From: Candidatus Doudnabacteria bacterium RIFCSPHIGHO2_02_FULL_42_25
GTDB taxonomy: Bacteria; Patescibacteriota; Doudnabacteria; UBA920; O2-02-FULL-48-8
Reading direction: 5' to 3'
Assembly (NCBI GenBank): GCA_001777665.1
Contig: MFEQ01000008.1
Coordinates: forward strand, 1-50,144
DNA length: 50,144 nucleotides
Position numbers and translations under genes: made by a program. Within the stretch, counting starts at the first letter, position 1, and each line of letters starts with the position of its first letter. The notes beneath the pieces were generated by a model. That model searched no databases. It had not been told where the DNA came from and worked only from the letters and a program-made list of their open reading frames with translations. Below, piece after piece: positions 8,987 through 16,228 of this stretch.

Positions 8987-9658
8987 ATGACCAGACTTTT
9001 GCTGCTAATCCTTCTGCTTACAGTAGTCTATTCCTGGGATGAATGCAAATATGTCTTGCATGCTGTCTGGGCCAAAATTCGAAAAAGAAAAATAACTGAA
9101 TATCAAAAATCAGAAACTGATTTGTTAGTATCTGATATTGTTTTGATTGCAACTATTCCACTAAGCTTGGCATTTTTGATGCTGGGTTCACAATCATTGC
9201 TCATAAAGCTCCTGCTGCTCTTAGCAGAGTTCGTGCTCATCGGATTAATTCTGCGGGGATTAGAGGAGTATCGCCGCCGCAGAAAATTTACGTCTCACTA
9301 CCAAGGTTTCGATAAAGCGGTTGCCATCGGCTTTAGTGTTCTGGGGTTCCTTTCGCCTTCCATGCAATTTGCGAGTGGTGTTGTTCGATCGACCACGCAT
9401 GTGGGAAAATACTTAATCGCGCTCGCCATTCCCCTGACATTGGGCTTGGTTCTAACTTTCTTAAGCCAGCAATTAGGAGAGGAGCAATTTAGTTCGCAAC
9501 TGGATGTCTTAATTATTATTGCAGTTTTCGGAATTATCTTAAATATAACCATCGAAGCGCTAGAACATATGTTTTATATATCGAAGTACAAACTTAGTTC
9601 ATTGCTTCGAATCGTTCTCGGGATCTTTACTTGCACATATCTCTACTTTATGCTATAA
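8987..9658 (+). CDS. Multi-pass membrane protein resembling a degenerate UppP/BacA
   Basis: IVLIATIP, AVAIG, LIALAIP..LG, LRIVLG occur in UppP order; catalytic motifs absent; alternative TTG start at 8978. Confidence 0.55.
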   Translation: MTRLLLLILLLTVVYSWDECKYVLHAVWAKIRKRKITEYQKSETDLLVSDIVLIATIPLSLAFLMLGSQSLLIKLLLLLAEFVLIGLILRGLEEYRRRRKFTSHYQGFDKAVAIGFSVLGFLSPSMQFASGVVRSTTHVGKYLIALAIPLTLGLVLTFLSQQLGEEQFSSQLDVLIIIAVFGIILNITIEALEHMFYISKYKLSSLLRIVLGIFTCTYLYFML

Positions 9659-9674
9659 TATATGTGAAAGTTAG

Positions 9675-10142
9675 ATGACATTACGAAATAAACATAAACT
9701 TAAAAAAATGATAATCAATAGTAAAAAGTTATTGCTATGGGTTTTGGTCATTATCGGACTGGTTGTTATCCTCTGGTATCTCCAATTAACAAGCCAAAAT
9801 CGGTCGGTTTTCAGTAATCCGTACGAACCCCAACCGGTTCAACCGACTCTCTATACCAATGAATTCCCGCGGGAACTAATGTTGTTTGACTCTCAAGGTC
9901 AAAACTTCACTGTCACGAAGGAAGGGAATAAAACCGTGGTTCAGACCCGATTCAATACCAATAATCGAGTCGGCTTAGTTTTTAGTGGCTATCGAACTAG
10001 CTTACTGAACAACTCCTGGACTCTGGAAACTGATGACACAAAAAATAATTTAATCGTGGCAAGCAAACAAGCCTATCGTGCTACACTACGTTTGAATAAA
10101 ATTCCCACCGGGACGGAAGTTAATTTAAAAGTAACTTATTAA
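9675..10142 (+). CDS. Hypothetical membrane-anchored protein
   Basis: 155-aa ORF with single N-terminal TM, in an apparent operon. Confidence 0.7.
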   Translation: MTLRNKHKLKKMIINSKKLLLWVLVIIGLVVILWYLQLTSQNRSVFSNPYEPQPVQPTLYTNEFPRELMLFDSQGQNFTVTKEGNKTVVQTRFNTNNRVGLVFSGYRTSLLNNSWTLETDDTKNNLIVASKQAYRATLRLNKIPTGTEVNLKVTY

Positions 10143-10145
10143 TCC

Positions 10146-11879
10146 ATGCCAAATAAAATAAAAACTACTTTAGCATCGATCACTGTTCTCGGATTATTAC
10201 TGACATTCGTCACACCGGCGAATGCGGGTACGATTCGACGCGACTATTGGTCACCAGTAACAGGTGGGCCAACAATTTACGATTTAATTAATGGCAGTAG
10301 TTATCCAATTAATCCAAGTGGGACTTCGGAACTTTCCAGTTTTGAAGGCCCAACAAATACAGATGACTGGTACGGCTCTCACACCTATGGCTATGTCGTT
10401 CCTTCTCTAACTGCTGATTATACTTTTTATATTGCAGGAGATGATAACGCTGATTTGTTTCTAAGTCCAAATGACAATCCTTACGATCGGGTTTTGATTG
10501 CCACCAATGCAACAGACTCGAGTAATTATACAGCACCGCTTGAGTGGAATAAATATCCATCCCAAGCTTCAGAACCGATACAGCTCGTATCTGGTCAACG
10601 CTACTTTATCGAAGCGAGACAGAAAGAAGCTTACTCCAATGACAACATAGCCGTAGGATGGAACTCTAACGGCGGTAACATTAATGTGATCCCAGGATCA
10701 AACCTTGAGACATTTGTCGGATCATATCCTGACTATTGCCCATTAGGTGCGCAAGCCGGACGGATAGTTGTCCCGCTTATGGATAGAACTGATGACGCTT
10801 TAATTGATAATGGGTCTTGGGAGCAATCAATTGTCGTAAATAATGATGTTACTATACCCGCAGGAACATACAATATTACTGTCGCGACCTTTGATGATCG
10901 CACTGGCCTCACTCCTGATCAAGATTACGAACAAGTAACCATGGTTTTGCTTGCAGGCGAAGATGAACTAACTAGCAATCCAACCCCTGATTTACCACTA
11001 AATAAAGAATGGCTCATTTCCACAGTTAATACTAACTTTGTAATTGCCGAGGAAGTTTCTACTGTTGCAGCAATACATTCAGCCTATTATAATCCCAATC
11101 CTCATGGAGTAAAAGCAATTTGTGCAGCATTTGATCTAAGCAGTGGAGTGCCACCAGCTCCAAATCTCGATTTTGGGTATTCTTACTGTAATAATGGCCT
11201 GCCGTTTGTTGGACTATATTATTCAGCAAACCCAAACGAGTCAGGTCCTTCGGCTGATAAAATTGAAATTTATAGAGATGGGGCTCTGGTTCACACAGAT
11301 GACACTCCAGTATTTATTCCAAACAATGAGTGGTTCAATGATCCAGATCTGAATCCCAGTCAAACTTATATTTACACGGCCAAAGCTTTCATCGGAAGTG
11401 TAGAATCGCCAGCAACGATTTTAAATCATACTACACTAAGTTGCCTAGCCCAAGTCATTGCAACAATTAATCTTATTGCAGTAAATGAAGTTGCTTACAC
11501 CACTCAAACCAAAATAAAAAATGGCGATATCCTAACTTATCAGATCCTCCTCCAAAATGCTGGGGGAGTGTATGCACCTCAAGCAGACCTTACCAATACC
11601 GTAACTAATGCAGTCTATGACCCAGCGATACCAAATAGTTTTGAGTGCTATAGCTGTCAAGTAATCTCTAGCGACTCGAATTCAATAAGTTTCCAAATAT
11701 ATGGTATCTCTTCCCAAACGTCCCTTAACATGAAGGTTCGCGTTGAAATCGAAAACAGTCAGATAGTCACATTTGAAACAGCGGGAACAGCTGACCCGGG
11801 TGATACTTCAGTTTATGATAAAGACTACATAGTTGTTACCCCGTCTAATCAAAAAGTTCCTTCCTTCATTGAACGATAA
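10146..11879 (+). CDS. Secreted PA14-domain surface protein with further Ig-like/DUF11-like domains
   Basis: Signal peptide; YTFYIAGDDNADLFLS and LVSGQRYFIEARQKE..DNIAVGW (PA14); GDILTYQILLQNAG. Confidence 0.75.
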   Translation: MPNKIKTTLASITVLGLLLTFVTPANAGTIRRDYWSPVTGGPTIYDLINGSSYPINPSGTSELSSFEGPTNTDDWYGSHTYGYVVPSLTADYTFYIAGDDNADLFLSPNDNPYDRVLIATNATDSSNYTAPLEWNKYPSQASEPIQLVSGQRYFIEARQKEAYSNDNIAVGWNSNGGNINVIPGSNLETFVGSYPDYCPLGAQAGRIVVPLMDRTDDALIDNGSWEQSIVVNNDVTIPAGTYNITVATFDDRTGLTPDQDYEQVTMVLLAGEDELTSNPTPDLPLNKEWLISTVNTNFVIAEEVSTVAAIHSAYYNPNPHGVKAICAAFDLSSGVPPAPNLDFGYSYCNNGLPFVGLYYSANPNESGPSADKIEIYRDGALVHTDDTPVFIPNNEWFNDPDLNPSQTYIYTAKAFIGSVESPATILNHTTLSCLAQVIATINLIAVNEVAYTTQTKIKNGDILTYQILLQNAGGVYAPQADLTNTVTNAVYDPAIPNSFECYSCQVISSDSNSISFQIYGISSQTSLNMKVRVEIENSQIVTFETAGTADPGDTSVYDKDYIVVTPSNQKVPSFIER

Positions 11880-11888
11880 ACTAACCTC

Positions 11889-11919
11889 AAAAAAGTAGAC
11901 TTGAAAGAGTCTACTTTTT
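11889..11919 (+). terminator. Intrinsic terminator
   Basis: AAAAGTAGACT-loop-AGTCTACTTTTT. Confidence 0.75.
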
Positions 11920-11954
11920 ATTTTACCTTATAGTATATTTGGTATAATAAAATT

Positions 11955-12323
11955 ATGAATGATAAGACTTTAATTAAATGGTTCAGTGTTCTTTCAGTTA
12001 TTGGAATGATTTTTGGTATTGTCTACTCATTCTTTGGATTGGGAATCCTACCGGTATCCAAAGATGTATTGGTACCCTGGGGAAATGGCGTTTACGGATC
12101 AACAATGATAGGTTTCTTTGTCCTGTTATTCTTTGTCGGACGGCTTGCTTTCCGAAATGGTGATATTACATTAATGAAAGTAATGCTCTACAGCTTATTC
12201 TCTTGGCTTATAATTGAAGCGTCATTCTCAATCTATTATGAAATTTATTTCAACTTTGCCGTGGACGCGGTGCTGATGATCTTTTTTGGCTATCCGCTTC
12301 TGAAACGAATCCAGCAACGATAA
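11955..12323 (+). CDS. Hypothetical 4-TM membrane protein
   Basis: Hydrophobic 122-aa ORF; TATAAT 6 nt before ATG. Confidence 0.75.
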   Translation: MNDKTLIKWFSVLSVIGMIFGIVYSFFGLGILPVSKDVLVPWGNGVYGSTMIGFFVLLFFVGRLAFRNGDITLMKVMLYSLFSWLIIEASFSIYYEIYFNFAVDAVLMIFFGYPLLKRIQQR

Positions 12324-12339
12324 ATTCAATATGCCTAAT

Positions 12340-12373
12340 AGAAAAAATCCCACCAGATGGTGAGATTTTTTCT
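12340..12373. terminator. Bidirectional terminator between membrane gene and tRNA-Glu
   Basis: AGAAAAAATCCCACCA-GA-TGGTGAGATTTTTTCT. Confidence 0.7.
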
Positions 12374-12448
12374 TGGCAGCCCCACGGGGAATCGGACCCC
12401 GATTACCAGGATGAAAACCTGGCGTCCTAACCATTAGACGATAGGGCC
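12374..12448 (-). tRNA. tRNA-Glu (anticodon TTC), CCA encoded
   Basis: GGCCCTATCGTCTAATGGTTAGGACGCCAGGTTTTCATCCTGGTAATCGGGGTCCGATTCCCCGTGGGGCTGCCA folds as a cloverleaf. Confidence 0.95.
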
Positions 12449-12526
12449 TCGTTTTAAGCCTTGATAGTATATAGTAAAAACAGACGCTTTTCAATACTTC
12501 ATGAGTTTTCTGGTATAATAAAGACT

Positions 12527-13456
12527 ATGGAAATCTGGGCATTACTTCTGACAGTCGCTGGGCTGTCGTTATTTGAAATCATCACTAGCGTCGATAACGC
12601 TATTATCAATGCTGAAGTGCTTTCTACTATGGGCCAACGTGCCCGTCGGTGGTTTTTGTTGTGGGGTATTTTAATTGCTGTATTTTTAGTCAGGGGACTT
12701 CTGCCGCTTGTTATAGTTTGGGCGGCCAACCCCGGTTTAGGATTTATGGGTTCTTTGACCGCAACTTTTAGTAATGATCCGCGGGTAATTGCCGCAGTCG
12801 AGCAGTCTTCTCCCATCCTACTTATTGGTGGTGGTATGTTTTTGGTATTTCTTTTCTTACACTGGTTATTTTTGGAACCAAAAAATTATGGATTATGGGG
12901 GGAACGATTTTTCCAACGCCAAGGAGCTTGGTTTTTTGCCCTCGTTTCAATGATTTTGGCATTTGTCGTTTGGTTCGCATTGAAAGAAAATCCATTATTG
13001 GCATTTGGAGCAGTTCTAGGTTCTTCATCTTTCTTCATCATCCACGGCTTCAGAACATACGCTGAAGAGCAGGAAAAAAAGATGATCACCGGAAATATTT
13101 CCGATGTTAGTAAGGTCGCTTACCTGGAAGTACTCGATGCGACCTTCTCTATCGACGGAGTCATCGGAGCATTCGCATTCACTTTCTCCGTGCCACTGAT
13201 TCTGCTTGGCAACGGATTAGGCGCAGTCGTCCTGCGAAAATTAACAGTCAGCAACATCGAACGTATCAAACGTTATAAATATCTCAAAAACGGGGCGATG
13301 TATTCTATTTTATTCTTAGGCGCCATTATGCTATTGGACAGCTTTGGTTACCATATCCCGCATTGGCTCTCCCCTCTGATCACCTTCGGTACAGTTGGTT
13401 ACTTCTTCTTAAAATCCCGACAAGAACTGCTCGCCTCTGAAACGAAGCAGTTGTAA
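12527..13456 (+). CDS. DUF475 / TerC-family integral membrane protein
   Basis: FEIITSVDNAIINA, YLEVLDATFSIDGVIGAFA, YLKNGAMYSI; start ATG 12527. Confidence 0.9.
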   Translation: MEIWALLLTVAGLSLFEIITSVDNAIINAEVLSTMGQRARRWFLLWGILIAVFLVRGLLPLVIVWAANPGLGFMGSLTATFSNDPRVIAAVEQSSPILLIGGGMFLVFLFLHWLFLEPKNYGLWGERFFQRQGAWFFALVSMILAFVVWFALKENPLLAFGAVLGSSSFFIIHGFRTYAEEQEKKMITGNISDVSKVAYLEVLDATFSIDGVIGAFAFTFSVPLILLGNGLGAVVLRKLTVSNIERIKRYKYLKNGAMYSILFLGAIMLLDSFGYHIPHWLSPLITFGTVGYFFLKSRQELLASETKQL

Positions 13457-13514
13457 CTTGTCACAATTGTTCTCTTAGTTTAAATAACCCAAAATATAGC
13501 CATAATTAATCAAG

Positions 13515-13534
13515 CCTGCCTGCCGGCAGGCAGG
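13515..13534. repeat. 20-bp palindrome CCTGCCTGCCGGCAGGCAGG
   Basis: Perfect palindrome; one-mismatch copies at 18903-18922 and 19007-19026. Confidence 0.9.
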
Positions 13535-13542
13535 GAGTAATT

Positions 13543-13890
13543 ATGGCAGATATTATAATAGAAAAAGAACCAACGACGCATTATGCAGCTAGGATTGTTT
13601 GGACTATCTTGGGTGTAGTCAATGTCTTCCTGGCACTCCGGTTTATTCTGAAATTAATTGCGGCAAATCCTGGAGCTGGATTTACAGATTTTATTTATCG
13701 CGCTTCAGCCCCGCTGTTAGCACCATTTGTGAATGTAGTTCGTAACGTTCGCACTGACGCTTCCGGCGGTATCTTTGAATGGAATACCCTGATTGCCATG
13801 GCAGTTTATTCCTTACTCGCCTGGGTGATAGTAAGACTATTCTTTTTGGGAAGCCGTACTGACCGAGTCGATTACGTGAGCCGGCCGTAA
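13543..13890 (+). CDS. YggT-family membrane protein
   Basis: LALRFILKLIAANP..FTDFIY..SAPLLAPF..FEWNTLIAMAVY. Confidence 0.8.
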   Translation: MADIIIEKEPTTHYAARIVWTILGVVNVFLALRFILKLIAANPGAGFTDFIYRASAPLLAPFVNVVRNVRTDASGGIFEWNTLIAMAVYSLLAWVIVRLFFLGSRTDRVDYVSRP

Positions 13891-13988
13891 AGGTGGGCAT
13901 GATAAAAACTACGTAGGTAACTACGTAGTTTTTATTTAGTATAAATTCGTGCTAATATTCGTGTGCTTTAGTGTTTAAAGATCCCCAT

Positions 13989-15008
13989 ATGTACAACCTA
14001 TCCATCTTAGCTATTGAAACCAGCTGCGATGAAACTGCCGCCGCAGTGATCGAGGGTGACCCTCGTATCAAATCGAATATCATCGCCTCCCAAGCGAAAC
14101 TCCACGCGAGGTACGGAGGTGTCGTGCCCGAGGTCGCTGCCCGGAGTCACATTACTGCGATTATTCCGACGATTGATTTGGCGTTAAAAAAAGCCAAAAC
14201 TAAACTTTCAGATATTGACTACATTGCTGTGACCCAAGGACCGGGGCTTATGACTTCACTCATGGTCGGGATCGATACAGCGAAAGCTTTAGGTGCAGCA
14301 TTAAATATTCCTGTTATCCCAATCAATCATCTGGAAGCGCACATTTACGCGAACTTCGTTGAACAAAATATTAAATTCCCAGCTGTAATATTGATTGTTT
14401 CGGGAGGTCATACCCTGTTAGTCGAAGTTAAGGGCCATGGTAAATACCGCATCTTGGGAGAAACTGTCGATGATGCGGCTGGTGAAGCGTTTGATAAAAC
14501 TGCAAAAATGCTGGGACTGGGCTATCCAGGTGGTCCGATGATTTCGAAACTAGCGAAAAATGGAAACCCTGCAGCTTTTGATTTCCCGAGGCCTATGATT
14601 AACTCCAGTAATTTTAATTTCAGTTTTTCAGGACTGAAAACAGCCGTTTTGTATAAAGTCCAACAGCTTAAATCTTTGAACTTAATTCTTAAATCTAATT
14701 TAGCGGCTTCCGTTCAGCAAGCCATCGTCGATGTGCTGATATCGAAAACAGAAAAAGCGGTCAAACAATACAAACCCAAAACAATCATGCTCGGCGGCGG
14801 AGTTGCTGCCAATTCACTGCTGCGACAGCGATTTTCTCTATTAGCTAAAAGCTATAAGCTAAACGCTATTATTCCCAAACTTGAATACTGTACTGACAAC
14901 GCAGCAATGATCGGACTCGCCGCTTATTATCGATTAAAAACCAAGAAAGCAATCCGCCAACTGGCGGACAAAAACTTCGGAGTCGAACCAAATTTGAAAA
15001 TAAAATAA
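13989..15008 (+). CDS. tsaD: tRNA threonylcarbamoyladenosine (t6A) transferase
   Basis: ILAIETSCDET, GGVVPEVAARSH, NHLEAH, VSGGHT, DDAAGEAFDK, FSFSGLKT, CTDNAAMIG. Confidence 0.97.
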   Translation: MYNLSILAIETSCDETAAAVIEGDPRIKSNIIASQAKLHARYGGVVPEVAARSHITAIIPTIDLALKKAKTKLSDIDYIAVTQGPGLMTSLMVGIDTAKALGAALNIPVIPINHLEAHIYANFVEQNIKFPAVILIVSGGHTLLVEVKGHGKYRILGETVDDAAGEAFDKTAKMLGLGYPGGPMISKLAKNGNPAAFDFPRPMINSSNFNFSFSGLKTAVLYKVQQLKSLNLILKSNLAASVQQAIVDVLISKTEKAVKQYKPKTIMLGGGVAANSLLRQRFSLLAKSYKLNAIIPKLEYCTDNAAMIGLAAYYRLKTKKAIRQLADKNFGVEPNLKIK

Positions 15009-15050
15009 TCAAAAAAAGAACGACACCGCAGCCTTGGCTGACAATGCCGT

Positions 15051-15947
15051 TTAATCCGTATCAAGTAGGCCTTCGAGAGCCATGCGGATCTTCGGCTCTA
15101 CTTGTACCAACTCGCCGTCCTTTACAGCTGTTGCGATAGAACAAATGTGGGATGTCTCCTCTCGTTTGTTTCTATACATGACTTGATCACCACGATCAAG
15201 CCACGTTTGCGCAAGCTGATCCGGATCCACGAGAGCGCCCGAGTGTAAAGTCGATAGATCTAATACCACGACACCGACCGAAACCTCAGAATTAATCAGA
15301 TCCAGAGAAGGTGGCATTAGACCACGATCCTTACACCCTTGTTTTACTCGCTCCCAGGCTCGCTGTCGATATTCGTATTTGACGCGCGTCGCAGTGTGAT
15401 GGGCATGCACAAATTTCTTGATTTTTTTCTGCAACACGGCAAATTCGTCGCCGTTTCCGATGCGAGCGGCGGCGACACCGTCAGCTCGACGGACATCGTT
15501 GATCAGCTCGATAAGAGTTTGAATCAGGATATCTCCAGCCCAGTGACCGATCTCGTCGTTGGTTCTCTTGAGCTTGTTGATGTCCAGAATCCAAAGTGCG
15601 GCCTTGGCATCGTCACCATCGATTTCCCATTCTTCGAGATCACGACGATCAGTTATGACAGACTGAATGAACTCTGGTAGGATCTCTTTCTTAAAAACAT
15701 TTGGGTTCCACAGTCCCCACTCGTCCTTCTTCTTGAGCTCCTCCTGAATCCGCTCGTAATCGATTACTCTAGCCCGCAACGCCTTAATCTCTCTATCAAG
15801 AGTCCGAAGCCTAGTGTCTACCTCGGATTCATGTACGTCCAGAAGCCTCAGGAATTGCTTCAAAACGACTGGTCCGAGGTTTCCTAACTTACATAGCTCC
15901 CGCAATTCGGCGAGAGCTCTTAGTCCTCGCTGAATCTGCGTAGCCAT
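15051..15947 (-). CDS. GGDEF-domain (diguanylate cyclase-like) protein with N-terminal coiled coil
   Basis: LDINKLKRTNDEIGHWAGDILI, ARIGNGDEFAVL, SVGV, DQVMYRNK; AGGAGG upstream. Confidence 0.8.
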   Translation of the reverse strand: MATQIQRGLRALAELRELCKLGNLGPVVLKQFLRLLDVHESEVDTRLRTLDREIKALRARVIDYERIQEELKKKDEWGLWNPNVFKKEILPEFIQSVITDRRDLEEWEIDGDDAKAALWILDINKLKRTNDEIGHWAGDILIQTLIELINDVRRADGVAAARIGNGDEFAVLQKKIKKFVHAHHTATRVKYEYRQRAWERVKQGCKDRGLMPPSLDLINSEVSVGVVVLDLSTLHSGALVDPDQLAQTWLDRGDQVMYRNKREETSHICSIATAVKDGELVQVEPKIRMALEGLLDTD

Positions 15948-15962
15948 GACCTGTCCTCCTTA

Positions 15963-15991
15963 TTGACTCGAAAATCGGCTCAAGCTATAAT
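15963..15991 (+). promoter_or_regulatory. Sigma-70 promoter for the valS leader
   Basis: TTGACT-17 bp-TATAAT. Confidence 0.85.
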
Positions 15992-16023
15992 TCAAGCAGA
16001 TTTTACAATCAACAATTCATAAA

Positions 16024-16228
16024 AGTGTAACGAACAAAGCTGTCACTTTGTTTCTCCAGCCCCAGTTTGAAAAACTGGAGCTGGAACACTGCGAGTAGAA
16101 TATAGCAATTAGCCGCTATTAGTAGACCTCGCCGGCGCTAACCGTAAACCTAGTAAATTAAGTATAGTTTAAGCTGGTACCTTTCTCAAATGTGAGAATC
16201 TTAAACACCAAGTAGTGGTGTTATTTTT
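16024..16228 (+). promoter_or_regulatory. T-box riboswitch (Val, GUC specifier, ultrashort Stem I)
   Basis: Specifier hairpin AACAAAG-CUGUCA-CUUUGUU; Stem II with AGAA/AGUAGA S-turn; CGG/CCGUAA IIA/B region; antiterminator GUUUAAG-C-UGGUACC-U-UUCUCA/UGAGAA-U-CUUAAAC; competing hairpin AACACCA/UGGUGUU + AUUUUU directly before the valS ATG. Confidence 0.85.

Noticed and set aside
8987..12448. Genomic island integrated at the tRNA-Glu 3' end
   Set aside because: No integrase and no duplicated tRNA 3' fragment noticed.
12228..12494. 88-aa minus-strand ORF
   Set aside because: Runs through tRNA-Glu and its terminator; spurious.
16095..16146. GUA triplets in Stem II and the IIA/B region as the T-box specifier
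   Set aside because: They fall in the S-turn strands and the CCGUAA motif; the GUC in the upstream hairpin loop fits the specifier position.
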